From Candidatus Latescibacterota bacterium (GTDB lineage: Bacteria; Latescibacterota; UBA2968; UBA8231): a stretch of DNA of 64,000 nucleotides. The stretch is taken from positions 1,152,001 to 1,216,000 of the forward strand of contig OZ220089.1 of NCBI GenBank assembly GCA_964291625.2, read 5' to 3'. This document shows positions 28,783 to 38,557 of this stretch, one piece after another (positions within the stretch are counted from its first letter, which is position 1; each line of letters begins with the position of its first letter). The position numbers were made by a program, and so were the translations under genes. The notes under the pieces were generated by a model. That model was not told the origin of the DNA. It did no database searches and worked only from the letters and a program-made list of their open reading frames with translations.

Positions 28783-29532
28783 TCAGGGCGTTGGCAACTC
28801 CACGGGCGCCGAACTCGTGAACACCGACTCCGGCAACTCATCGAAGACAGCCACACCCGTGTGCCCGCGCTCCCCGCGGCCGTCGGAGAGCAGGATCGAT
28901 CCGTGGCGCTGCCAGTTGGTCCACGGGCCGATGAAGCGCGGCTCCGCGTCGGCGGCGTCGCGGTAGAAGGCCCACTGGGTCACCAGCCGTGACTCCTGGT
29001 CGATCCAGACGGCGTACTTGTTCTGCGGGGTGACCCCCACGTCCCTGAAGGTCAGCTCCACCACGTCGGCGGGCCGGCCGTCCGCGGTGGCGTCCGGTCC
29101 CCGGTGTCGCAGGGTGACGCCGGTGTCCTTCAGCTTGTAGGGCATGACCAGCCAGTACGAGTCGTTGATCCAGGCGCGGTAGCCCTGGTCGAGGCGGGCG
29201 GCCAGGGTGTCGGGGTCGCTGACCTCCACGCCGGCGGCGAAGGCGCGGCCCTCCTTTGTGTGGATGTTCATCAGCACCGTCAGGTCGTCCTGCTCGAAGC
29301 GGATGTCCCCGGTCCACCTGTCCCACACGTGGAGGCGGATGCCGAAGAAGCGCCAGGTGATGTAGCGGGTGGCGTCCCAGTTGGCGCGGCCGCCCATGGC
29401 GGCCATGACCTCGTCCGCCAGGGCGATCGCCTTCGGGTCGGAGCCGGCGGCGTCGAAGCCGGGAGCCGGCGGGTTGTCGGCGGCGTGGGCGGCGCCGATC
29501 AAGGAGAAGATGACCAGGAGTGAGCGCATCAT
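28783..29532 (-). CDS. Secreted conserved hypothetical protein
   Basis: Signal peptide ending AAHA; VMAAMGG..W, WINDSYWLVMPYKLKD; strong GC3 bias. Confidence 0.75.
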   Translation of the reverse strand: MMRSLLVIFSLIGAAHAADNPPAPGFDAAGSDPKAIALADEVMAAMGGRANWDATRYITWRFFGIRLHVWDRWTGDIRFEQDDLTVLMNIHTKEGRAFAAGVEVSDPDTLAARLDQGYRAWINDSYWLVMPYKLKDTGVTLRHRGPDATADGRPADVVELTFRDVGVTPQNKYAVWIDQESRLVTQWAFYRDAADAEPRFIGPWTNWQRHGSILLSDGRGERGHTGVAVFDELPESVFTSSAPVELPTP

Positions 29533-29586
29533 GAGGGGTTTCCCTTGGGCTGCGGGTGATCTGAGAACGTGTCTGGTCGCGCAGAG

Positions 29587-30345
29587 TCAGCCGCGGGTGG
29601 CGCTCTGCGCGGGCAGGAACAGCCCTTCCACCAGGCCGGGCACCCGCGGGCCGGTACCCTGCGCCTGAAGATGCTCCGCCCATGCCTCGAGATAGCCTTC
29701 GAACGTCTCGTTGGTGGTCACATCCCAGCCGTTCAGTTGGCCGCAGTCGCGCCATAGCGAAGGATCCTCGAGAAACCGGTCCAGCAGGGCGATGGCAATG
29801 GTGCCGTTGACTTCGCGGATGACCGGATCCTCCTCCAATCTGTCCAGATTGCCAGCCAGCCAGGCTCGGAGATCGCCATCGGCGGGTTGTTCATACCCTT
29901 GCTGGATCTCCTCGGCGTAGGTCCTGAAGTGCGGCGCGAACGCTTCTGCCTCGAGGACACACGGGGGCGGATTGTCTCTCCAACCATTCGCAAGCCGATG
30001 CAGGACGAAGAGCGACGCCAGCTCGCACAAGCTCTCTTCGAACCACTTGTGCTTGTGTTCCCTGTGCCGGTCGAAGTTGGTCATGAGATGGCACAGCTCG
30101 TGCGAGAATTGGTACACGTACTGGCACCAGTACGTATCCCGGGCGCTGATTCGGATCTGGTAGGGCCTGTGATCGTAGAAGGCTCTCGGCGATTGGCTCC
30201 ACCAGGCGACCTGGATGGGAGCAGCCGGATGCTTGTTGAAGGCTTGTATGAGCACTTCGTACGCGGAGTCCAGGACCCCGTGGACGGCAGAGAGGCTCAC
30301 ACCTCCCCAGTTGCTGTTCTCTATCGTTATTCGTCCCTGTTCCAT
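29587..30345 (-). CDS. Hypothetical zincin-like protein (HExxH)
   Basis: YQFSHELCH followed by WFEESLCE. Confidence 0.6.
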   Translation of the reverse strand: MEQGRITIENSNWGGVSLSAVHGVLDSAYEVLIQAFNKHPAAPIQVAWWSQSPRAFYDHRPYQIRISARDTYWCQYVYQFSHELCHLMTNFDRHREHKHKWFEESLCELASLFVLHRLANGWRDNPPPCVLEAEAFAPHFRTYAEEIQQGYEQPADGDLRAWLAGNLDRLEEDPVIREVNGTIAIALLDRFLEDPSLWRDCGQLNGWDVTTNETFEGYLEAWAEHLQAQGTGPRVPGLVEGLFLPAQSATRG

Positions 30346-30649
30346 CACTCCGCCCCACTGACCTTGGGCGACGCCGGGCGGGTGCCGTGAGGGCCGCATT
30401 CGCGCGGGCCGAGCATGCTCGGGCCCCCCGGATGGTTCCCAGAGAACCATCTTCGCTGGCGCGACCGGGCCAACAGGCTGCCCAGTTCGTCCGTGCGTCC
30501 GTAGAAAGTCCAGGAGGTGGCCACCGGGAGTAAGGTAGCTATTATTCCTCAGTCGTCACCCAAGGAGATGGCTCTTCCCGGACAGCCGGCCTGAAGTTCA
30601 GACGGCCCCCCTGACGACCTCCTATACTAATCCGGCTGGATCCGACCCC

Positions 30650-31711
30650 ATGCACTCTTTCCGCAACAACCGTCTGCGCGATCATGAAATGCCGCTGAGC
30701 ACGGTGTGGCTGCTCAACGACATCGCCGAGTCGAGGGGCCGACAGGAGCTGTTCACGCGCCAGTCGCCGCAGGCCCTCAAGGCGCTCCGCGACGCCGCGG
30801 TCATTCAGAGTACCGAGTCCTCCAACCGGATCGAGGGCGTGACGGTCGCTCCGGACCGCCTGCACCCGCTGGTGCTCGGCCAAGCCAAGCCCCGGGACCG
30901 CTCCGAGCAGGAAGTCCAGGACTACCGACGCGCCTTGAACGAGATTCACTCCGACTACGCCGCTCTCACCATCTCACCGGACACCTTGCTGCGCCTGCAT
31001 TCCCTTTGCCAATCCGCTGCCGGCGACGCGGGCCAGTTCAAACGAGTCGACAACGACATCGTGGAGTTCCTGCCCGGGCAGGCCCCTGTGGTCCGGTTCC
31101 GCTGCGTGAAGGCTGCGGAAACCCCCGCGGCTGTAGAAGAACTCTGCCAGCACTACCAGTACGCACTCGACCAGGAGAACATCCCGCCCCTTGTCGCCAT
31201 CGCCGCCCTCGCCCTGGACTTCCTCTGCATCCACCCTTTCCGGGACGGGAACGGCCGCGTGTCCCGGCTGCTCACCCTGTTGGCCCTCTACCAGCACGGC
31301 TACGAGGTCGGTCGCTACATCAGCCTGGAACGCCTCATCGAGGAGTCCCGGGAGTCCTGCTACGAGTGCCTCCGGCTCAGTTCCCACGACTGGCACGACG
31401 GAAGACACGAGCTGACGCCCTGGTTCAACTTCCTCTTTGCGATCCTCCGCCGAGCCCATGTCGAGCTGGAGGAACGCGCCGGCCAGATCGCGTCCCCACG
31501 GGGCGAGAAGTCCCGGCGCGTACTTGCCGCCATTCGCGCCCAACCGGACGAGTTCCGCCTGCGAGACCTGGAACGCGATTGCCCCGGGGTGGGCCGGGAA
31601 TGGATCCGCACCCTTCTCGCAGAACTGAAGAGGTCAGGCGATGTAACCTGCCGCGGCCGGGGTCCGGGGGCGCGCTGGCGTTTTCTCGGGAATGAGGGTA
31701 GCAGCCCTTGA
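30650..31711 (+). CDS. Fic family protein with C-terminal wHTH
   Basis: Canonical HPFRDGNGRVSR; N-terminal SNRIEG inhibitory-type motif. Confidence 0.93.
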   Translation: MHSFRNNRLRDHEMPLSTVWLLNDIAESRGRQELFTRQSPQALKALRDAAVIQSTESSNRIEGVTVAPDRLHPLVLGQAKPRDRSEQEVQDYRRALNEIHSDYAALTISPDTLLRLHSLCQSAAGDAGQFKRVDNDIVEFLPGQAPVVRFRCVKAAETPAAVEELCQHYQYALDQENIPPLVAIAALALDFLCIHPFRDGNGRVSRLLTLLALYQHGYEVGRYISLERLIEESRESCYECLRLSSHDWHDGRHELTPWFNFLFAILRRAHVELEERAGQIASPRGEKSRRVLAAIRAQPDEFRLRDLERDCPGVGREWIRTLLAELKRSGDVTCRGRGPGARWRFLGNEGSSP

Positions 31712-31741
31712 GTAAGGGTAGTGATAGGGGTATTTGCTGAG

Positions 31742-34087
31742 ATGGAGGGAGTCGAAAACCGCGGGGCCGAAGGCGCGCCCCCCTCCCTCCGCGCCGCGGT
31801 GCCGCCGCGGGTCCGGCGGGAGCTGGCCGGGGTCGTCGCCCCCGGCGAGGAGTTCCGCCTCGCGGTAACCACGGACATCCGCCTCGACGGCCGCTACGGC
31901 GAGGCCTGGCTGATGGCCACCGACGACCTGCTGGTGGCCTTCAGCCCCGACGGCGGCGGCCCCGCCGACCTGGTCTCCCTGCCCCTGGCCGAGATCCAGG
32001 GGGTCGAGGTGCGGGAGGACCTGGGGACCGCGGCCCTCAAGGTGCGCACCGGCGAGCGCGGCGCCACCATGGCCGTGTTCTCCAAGAGCCTGGTGCCGGC
32101 CCTCTCCGAGCTGCCCGGCCGGGTCGAGGGCCTGGTCCGCCAGGCCCGCTCGGGGGATTCCGACGGCGAGGTGCTCCACGGGCGGCTGGCCGGGGCGCGG
32201 GCCGGGCGCAAGCGCTGCGACCGCTGCGGCCAGGTCATCCCCCGCCGCTACGGGGTCTGCCCGGCCTGCCTGGAGAAGGGCAAGCTCCTCTTCCGGCTGC
32301 TCGGGTATGCCAGGCCCCACTGGCGGCTCATCAGCTTCAGCCTCTCCCTCATGGTGCTGGCCACGGTCATCGGCCTGAGCCCGCCTCTGCTGCAGAGGGT
32401 GCTCATCGACGATGTCCTGAATCTCGACGCCCCTGCCTCCACGACCGCCGAGGAACGCTTCGACCTGCTGGCTCTCCTGCCGGTCTCCGAGGGCGACCGG
32501 GTGGCGGCGCTGGCCTGGCTGGTGGGCCTTCTGATAGGGATCAACCTCACCGTCACCGTCCTGTCGGCCCTGCGCGGCTACATCATGGCCCGCATCGGGC
32601 AGCGCGTCACCTACGGCCTGCGCAACGAGGTGTACGCCCATCTCCACGCCCTGTCGCTCAGCTACTACACCAAGAACGAGACCGGGCGCATCATGGCCAG
32701 CGTCACCCACGACGTGGGGCGCCTGCAGGACTTCATCAGCGACGGCCTGCAGGAAGCGATCCGCGACGTGCTCACCCTGGTCGTCATCTGCGTCATCCTC
32801 TTCTGGCTCAATCCCGGGCTCGCGGCCCTGGTGCTCCTGCCGACGCCCCTGCTGGTGTGGGCGACTCTCCGCTTCGGCCGCAAGCTGCACGCCATCTACC
32901 GGCCCTTGTGGCGCCGCTGGGCGGGCTTGAGCGCCCTCCTCGCCGATACCATCCCCGGGGTGCGCGTGGTCAAGGCCTTCGCCCAGGAACGGCGGGAGGT
33001 GGGCAAGTTCAAGGGGCGCAGCCTCGACCTGCTGCGGGGGGAGCTGCGGGTGGCGTGGATGCGCAGCCTCTTCGGCCCGGTCATGTCCTTCGTGACCGCC
33101 ATCGGCATGATCATCATCTGGTGGGTCGGGGGCCGCGACATCCTGGCCGGCGAGCTGACCCTGGGTGACTTCGTCGCCTTCACCATGTACATGCACCGCT
33201 TCTACGGACCGGTGGAGAGTCTGTGCCGCCTCAACCACCGCTTCCAGCACGCCGCCACCTCGGCCGAGCGCGTCTTCGACGTCCTCGACACCCACCCGGA
33301 GATCCTCGACCCGGCCGGCGCCGCGACCATGCCGCCCATCGAGGGCCGGGTCGAGTTCCGCGGCGTCCACTTCGGCTACGAGGAGGAGAAGCCGGTCCTC
33401 GAGGACCTGAGCTTCACCGTCGAGCCGGGCGAGATGATCGGCCTGGCCGGCCACAGCGGCGCCGGCAAGAGCACCCTGATCAACCTCATCTGCCGCTTCT
33501 ACGAGCCCCAGGAAGGGGCGATCCTCATCGACGGCCACGACACCCGCGGGGTGAACCTGCGATCCCTGCGCGAGCAGGTCGGCGTGGTCCTGCAGGATCC
33601 CTTCCTCTTCAACGGCACGGTGGCCGAGAACGTCGCCTACGGCCATCCCGAGGCCTCCCTCGAGGAGATCGTGGCCGCGGCCAAGGCCGCCAACGCCCAC
33701 GACTTCGTCATGAACATGCCCGACGGCTACGACACCCTGGTCGGCGAGCGCGGCCTGCGCGTCTCCGGGGGCGAGCGCCAGCGGATCTCCATCGCCCGCG
33801 CCATCCTGCGGGACCCGCGCATCCTCATCCTTGACGAAGCGACCTCCAACGTCGACACCCAGACCGAGGCGCAGATCCAGGAGGCCCTGGAGCGGCTCGT
33901 CCGGGGACGGACCACCTTCGCCATCGCCCACCGCCTGTCGACCCTGAAGAACGCCCACCGCCTGCTCATCCTCGAGAAGGGGCGGCTCGCCGAGATCGGC
34001 ACCCACGACGAGCTGATCGCGCGGGACGGCATCTACGCGAACCTGTGCCGCCTGCAGACCGAGATGTCCCGACTGAGGGCCTGGTAG
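31742..34087 (+). CDS. ABC exporter (TMD+NBD) with N-terminal extension and Cys4 motif
   Basis: CDRC-x11-CPAC, TMD, GHSGAGKST, SGGERQR, ILDEATS and AHRLST. Start 31721 or 31742. Confidence 0.92.
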   Translation: MEGVENRGAEGAPPSLRAAVPPRVRRELAGVVAPGEEFRLAVTTDIRLDGRYGEAWLMATDDLLVAFSPDGGGPADLVSLPLAEIQGVEVREDLGTAALKVRTGERGATMAVFSKSLVPALSELPGRVEGLVRQARSGDSDGEVLHGRLAGARAGRKRCDRCGQVIPRRYGVCPACLEKGKLLFRLLGYARPHWRLISFSLSLMVLATVIGLSPPLLQRVLIDDVLNLDAPASTTAEERFDLLALLPVSEGDRVAALAWLVGLLIGINLTVTVLSALRGYIMARIGQRVTYGLRNEVYAHLHALSLSYYTKNETGRIMASVTHDVGRLQDFISDGLQEAIRDVLTLVVICVILFWLNPGLAALVLLPTPLLVWATLRFGRKLHAIYRPLWRRWAGLSALLADTIPGVRVVKAFAQERREVGKFKGRSLDLLRGELRVAWMRSLFGPVMSFVTAIGMIIIWWVGGRDILAGELTLGDFVAFTMYMHRFYGPVESLCRLNHRFQHAATSAERVFDVLDTHPEILDPAGAATMPPIEGRVEFRGVHFGYEEEKPVLEDLSFTVEPGEMIGLAGHSGAGKSTLINLICRFYEPQEGAILIDGHDTRGVNLRSLREQVGVVLQDPFLFNGTVAENVAYGHPEASLEEIVAAAKAANAHDFVMNMPDGYDTLVGERGLRVSGGERQRISIARAILRDPRILILDEATSNVDTQTEAQIQEALERLVRGRTTFAIAHRLSTLKNAHRLLILEKGRLAEIGTHDELIARDGIYANLCRLQTEMSRLRAW

Positions 34088-34089
34088 AG

Positions 34090-34602
34090 ATGCCGCAGCG
34101 CCACGACCTGGCCGCGGAGGTGACCTACCTCGACCCGGAGAAGGCGCGGTTCCACGTCGACGCCTTCGAGGACCTGAACCTCGAGCTGGCCGGGGACCGG
34201 ACCTGGTCGAGGGTCCGGGTCAGGCGGGCCTTCCCCCTGACGCGGGACGACTGCTTCATCGTCGTCCAGGACCGCGACGGCCAGGAGATCGGCTCGCTGG
34301 CCCGCCTCGACGCGCTGGACCCGGACAGCCGGCAGGCCGTGGAGGAGGAGCTGGAGCGGGCCTACTTCACGCCGCGGATCGAGCGCATCGCCAAGGTGAC
34401 GACCGCCTACCGTGTGCCGCGCTGGGAGGTGGAGACCGACCGCGGACCCCGCGCCTTCGAGATCTACTCGAGCCGCCGCGACGTCCGGGTGCTCGACGGC
34501 GGCCGGGTGCTGGTGCAGGACGCCGACGGCAACCGCTACGAGATCCCCGACTACCGTCGCCTGGACCCGGCCAGCCGAGCCTTGGTCGAGGAGATGCTGT
34601 GA
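34090..34602 (+). CDS. DUF1854 domain protein
   Basis: RRAFPL, EEELERAYFTPRI, WEVETDRG and DADGNRYEIPD..LD; typical partner of the upstream ABC type. Confidence 0.8.
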   Translation: MPQRHDLAAEVTYLDPEKARFHVDAFEDLNLELAGDRTWSRVRVRRAFPLTRDDCFIVVQDRDGQEIGSLARLDALDPDSRQAVEEELERAYFTPRIERIAKVTTAYRVPRWEVETDRGPRAFEIYSSRRDVRVLDGGRVLVQDADGNRYEIPDYRRLDPASRALVEEML

Positions 34603-36737
34603 GCGACCCCAGGGGTGTTGCGATGGGGACGGTCGGATTGCCGGGCGCCTGGTGCCTGGCCGGAGTGATAGGTCTGCTGATGTTGGCGGGGCCAGAACCC
34701 TCAACCGCAACGGATGTACCCACAGTGTTCTTTGCCGGCGTCGACAGCACCGGCCGGGCACAGGCGCAGAGCAATGCGGACGGCTACGTGCTGATCGAGT
34801 CGCCGGAGTACCCGCGCGGCCTTTGGCTGCGGTTGCTCGATTCCGCCGGTCGGCCCCTCGCTGGCCTCCAGGTCGAATACCAGGGCCGGCCCGACAGCCT
34901 GGTGGCCCTGCACTGCGTCGATCCGGCAGGGAAGGTGCAGGAAACGCTCGTCTGGACCCGGCCACAGGGGGACCCTCTTCCCCTGACCCTGAAGGCGCGG
35001 AAACCTGCCGGGGAACTGCCGGCAGGATTGATCCCCTTCGATTTGCAGATTGACCCGACCGCTCCATTGAAGTTGGAGCTATCGCTCGAGACCCAACTCA
35101 CTGGTTGGGAGGAGGTGGAGTCTTTCCTGCGAGCCCGTTGGAGAGGGCGAACTGGACGGGTGGCCTTCCGGTTCGACTACAACGAGAGCATCTTTTTGAG
35201 GATCTCACTCGATCGGCCCCATGCCATAGACCAGCTCCTGGCCTATCTCCAACAGTTGCGTTCATGGGGGATTGCCCACGAAAGGCCCTTCGGTCTCGAA
35301 GTGCATGATATCGATGACCTCACCGGCTTCCAGGAGACAGTGGTTCTCTATACCTCTCCGATCCTGGACCCGAACCTGGACCGTGTGGTCCAGAGGGCCA
35401 TGGGCCATCGTTCGCCAATCCTCCTCAGAAAGGAGAGCCTCCATCACCTGACCCGGCTCTTCGCCTGGGATGACAGCATCCGTACTCTGCAAGGCCTTGA
35501 GCATGCGATCAACCTGGGGGAGATCTCGCTGATCAGAAACCAGATCTCTGACCTGACTCCCCTCGCTGCCTTGAACAATCTGACAACTCTGTCGCTGGGC
35601 GAGAATCATATCGACGACCTGACAGCCCTGGCCAATTTGAGGAACCTCACAGCCCTGTCGCTGAGTAACAACCAGATCGGAGACCTGACACCGCTAGCCG
35701 ATCTGGAGAACCTGACAACCCTGGCTCTGAGGAAAAACCAGGTTGAGGACCTGTCGCCGCTGGCCAACTTGAACAGTCTGACATCGCTGTCCCTTGGAGG
35801 AAACCAGATCGAAGACCTGGCACCGCTGGCGAGCTTGAACAACCTTGCTGAGCTATCGCTCTCGCAGAATCGTATCTACGATCTTGGGCCACTTGCCAAT
35901 CTGAACAACCTGACATCGTTGTCGGTGCGGCAGAATCCGATAAGCGACCTGACACCGTTGGCGAATCTGAGCAGTTTGATATCCCTGGGGCTGGGAAATA
36001 ACGAGTTTCTCGAGGATCTGACGCCTTTGGCCAACTTGGAATACTTGACATCTCTGGAGCTGAACAACACCCGTGGCATTGACCTGTCCCCCTTGGCCAG
36101 TCTGGACAACCTGACCGAATTACACCTGTTCGGCAGCCGCATGACAGATATTGGTTCGCTAAGGAAGTTGAGGAATCTGAGAGAACTGAGCCTGGGATAC
36201 AACTTGCAGAGCGATATCGAACCCTTGACAGTTCTAACCAATCTTGAAGTGCTGGACCTGAGGGACAACCAGATAACGGATCTGTTGCCGCTGGCCAGTC
36301 TGACCAACCTGACATCGATAAGGTTGGGGGGCAACTGGATCCAGGATCTGACCCCGTTGGCCGATCTGAAAGGGCTGACAGAACTCACACTATGGGGAAA
36401 CCAGATCCAGGACCTGACTCCGTTGGCGGGCCTGGCCAACCTGCGGCTACTATTGCTGGACAGGAATAAAGTAGCTGATGTGGCGCCGCTGGCCGCCTTG
36501 AACAGCCTGCGGGAGCTGAGCCTGAAGGATAACCGGATCATCGATCTCGAGCCGTTGGGAGACATGGACAACCTGACAGGGGTGAACCTGCAGAAGAACC
36601 AGATCGTCGATGTGAGCCCGCTGACCAGAATGGATGGCCTGCGGTGGGTCTACTTGGGGAACAACCCACTCGGCCCCCAGGCTCTGGACGTGCACATCCC
36701 CGCCCTTCGAGAAAGGGGGATTTTTGTCACGTACTGA
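34599..36737 (+). CDS. Secreted internalin-like leucine-rich repeat protein
   Basis: Signal-like N-terminus; about 18 repeats of 22 aa, LxxLxLxxNQIxDLxPLAxL. Confidence 0.92.
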   Translation: MSDPRGVAMGTVGLPGAWCLAGVIGLLMLAGPEPSTATDVPTVFFAGVDSTGRAQAQSNADGYVLIESPEYPRGLWLRLLDSAGRPLAGLQVEYQGRPDSLVALHCVDPAGKVQETLVWTRPQGDPLPLTLKARKPAGELPAGLIPFDLQIDPTAPLKLELSLETQLTGWEEVESFLRARWRGRTGRVAFRFDYNESIFLRISLDRPHAIDQLLAYLQQLRSWGIAHERPFGLEVHDIDDLTGFQETVVLYTSPILDPNLDRVVQRAMGHRSPILLRKESLHHLTRLFAWDDSIRTLQGLEHAINLGEISLIRNQISDLTPLAALNNLTTLSLGENHIDDLTALANLRNLTALSLSNNQIGDLTPLADLENLTTLALRKNQVEDLSPLANLNSLTSLSLGGNQIEDLAPLASLNNLAELSLSQNRIYDLGPLANLNNLTSLSVRQNPISDLTPLANLSSLISLGLGNNEFLEDLTPLANLEYLTSLELNNTRGIDLSPLASLDNLTELHLFGSRMTDIGSLRKLRNLRELSLGYNLQSDIEPLTVLTNLEVLDLRDNQITDLLPLASLTNLTSIRLGGNWIQDLTPLADLKGLTELTLWGNQIQDLTPLAGLANLRLLLLDRNKVADVAPLAALNSLRELSLKDNRIIDLEPLGDMDNLTGVNLQKNQIVDVSPLTRMDGLRWVYLGNNPLGPQALDVHIPALRERGIFVTY

Positions 36738-36744
36738 CCGAATA

Positions 36745-37971
36745 GTGAAGTCAGGCCTGTTCCTCGGGTCCGCCGTTCTCTCCCTGGCGGTGGCCGGCTG
36801 CGGGGACGATCCCACCGGACCGGAGCCGGGGGCGGAGCCCATCACCCTGGCGGCGGCCCTGGCCGAGACCGGGCGGCATGCCGGCGCGGGCAACGATCTC
36901 GCGTGGGGGTACCGGCTCGCCGTCGACCTGCTGAACGCGAGAGGCGGCATCGCCGGCCGTCCGGTGCAGCTGATGATCCGCGACGATGAGAGCGACCCGG
37001 AGACGAGCGCCCGCCTCTACTCCGGGTTCGCCGCCTCCGACTCGATCGACGCCCTCCTCGGTCCGTACAGCAGCGTGATCACCGAGGCCGTGATCCCCGT
37101 CGCCGAAGCCGCGGGCATTCCCCTCGTCGCCCCGCTTGCGGCGGCACCCGAGCTCTGGGCGGGGCAGCAGCGGCAGTGGAGCGTCCAGATGCTGAGCCCG
37201 GCTCCCACCTATGCACAGGGCTCGGTGGAGGTGGCCGCGGTGGGCGGCGCCGAGACCGTGGCCCTGATCTACGAGGACACCGCCTTTCCCCGCTCCCTGG
37301 CCAACGGCGTGCGCGAGGCCGCCGAAAAGCACGGGCTCGAACTGGTGCTGGACCAGGCCTACGCCGCCGGAGAAGCGGACCACGAGGCCCTGGCCGCGGC
37401 GGCCCGGGACGCGGGCGGGGACCTCTTCGTCATCGCAGGATACGGCGAGGACCAGGTCGCCTTGCGAATCGCCGTGGACGAGGCCGGGTACGTGCCCGTG
37501 ATGTTGAGCGTCAACAGCCCCGCGTCCCCCCTGTTCGTCTCGGGAGTGGGGGAGCTGGCTCGATGCGTGGCCGGGGGCGCTCCCTGGGTGCCGGCGGTTC
37601 GCACCTCCGGTTTCATCGCGGACAGCCAGACCCTGGTCGGGAAGTACGAAGCCGCCGAGGGGACGAGCCCCGACCACCGCCCCGCGGGCGGGTTCGGAGC
37701 GGTGGAGGTCATGGCCGAGGCCATCGAGGCGGCACTGGCCGAGAGCGGAGAGCTCGATCCGGCCGCGATCCGCGACCAGCTCTTCGCCCTGGAGACCGAG
37801 ACGGTGCTGGGCCCCTTCAGCGTCTACCCCCTCGGCGATTCCCGGGCCGGCGCCCAGCGCGGCCTCGAGGGGGTGCAGGTCCAGTGGCAGGACGGCGAGG
37901 AGGGGGGGCTCGCCCTGCGCATCATCCACCCGGAAGCGCTCGCCGAGGCGTCTCCCTGCTTCCTGCGCTGA
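36745..37971 (+). CDS. Branched-chain amino acid-type ABC substrate-binding lipoprotein
   Basis: Lipobox VAGC; NARGGIAGRPVQL..DDESDP, LLGPYSS and ETVLGP. No cognate permease nearby. Confidence 0.85.
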   Translation: MKSGLFLGSAVLSLAVAGCGDDPTGPEPGAEPITLAAALAETGRHAGAGNDLAWGYRLAVDLLNARGGIAGRPVQLMIRDDESDPETSARLYSGFAASDSIDALLGPYSSVITEAVIPVAEAAGIPLVAPLAAAPELWAGQQRQWSVQMLSPAPTYAQGSVEVAAVGGAETVALIYEDTAFPRSLANGVREAAEKHGLELVLDQAYAAGEADHEALAAAARDAGGDLFVIAGYGEDQVALRIAVDEAGYVPVMLSVNSPASPLFVSGVGELARCVAGGAPWVPAVRTSGFIADSQTLVGKYEAAEGTSPDHRPAGGFGAVEVMAEAIEAALAESGELDPAAIRDQLFALETETVLGPFSVYPLGDSRAGAQRGLEGVQVQWQDGEEGGLALRIIHPEALAEASPCFLR

Positions 37972-37989
37972 TCGGCCGGGGGCCGGAAC

Positions 37990-38538
37990 TCACTCCACCG
38001 GTTCGTAGGGGAACGAGGAGTGATGGAGGTTGATCCGCAGCTTCCCCTCCCCGTCCCGGAAGTAGCCGAAGGTGTACTCCACCTTCGCTTCGGTTCCGGT
38101 ATTCGCGTCGGTGAAGTAGTAGTTGCCCATGGCGATCGCCGAGTCGCCATCGATGGCGAACCCCGCGTTCTCGAAGCGGACCGCGCTCCAGGGCTGGATG
38201 GCGAACCCGTGGTCCTCGGGAAGGGCGCCGGTCACGAAGTAGGAGACCGCCTCCTCCCTCGTTGAACGGAACTGCTTCTCCGACGCCTTCGTCGGCTTGA
38301 ACAGCACCGGCCCTTCGGCATACCCGTACAGAGCATCGACGGTCCGTTCCGCCACGGCCCGGTAGTCCTCTCCTTCCGAGTACGCGGCCCCGATCGCGAC
38401 GATCGCAGCGCCCCAGTCTTCCTGGGCCTCCAGGATCTCGCTCTCGGTAATCCTCCCCTTCGCGGCACTACCCTCTGCATATGCCATCGTCAATACCGTC
38501 CCTGCCAGCGCTGCGGAAATGACCAAGGTGACATTCAC
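37990..38538 (-). CDS. Secreted NTF2/SnoaL-fold protein, putative iota-class (COG4337-type) carbonic anhydrase
   Basis: VLFKPT, SYFV, EDHGFA..PW..VRFEN, MGNYYF, KVEYTFGY and C-terminal HHSS. Confidence 0.7.
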   Translation of the reverse strand: MNVTLVISAALAGTVLTMAYAEGSAAKGRITESEILEAQEDWGAAIVAIGAAYSEGEDYRAVAERTVDALYGYAEGPVLFKPTKASEKQFRSTREEAVSYFVTGALPEDHGFAIQPWSAVRFENAGFAIDGDSAIAMGNYYFTDANTGTEAKVEYTFGYFRDGEGKLRINLHHSSFPYEPVE

Positions 38539-38557
38539 TCTGTTCCCTCCCCCTCAG

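Noticed and set aside
30528-31721. GAGTAAGGTAG / GAGTAAGGGTAG flanking the Fic gene as a possible target-site duplication
   Set aside because: Short and imperfect, with no recombinase or transposase nearby.
35440-36680. 66-bp periodic repeats that could be mistaken for a CRISPR array or DGR
   Set aside because: Degenerate in-frame LRR codons; no invariant repeat with unique spacers, and no cas or reverse transcriptase gene in the window.
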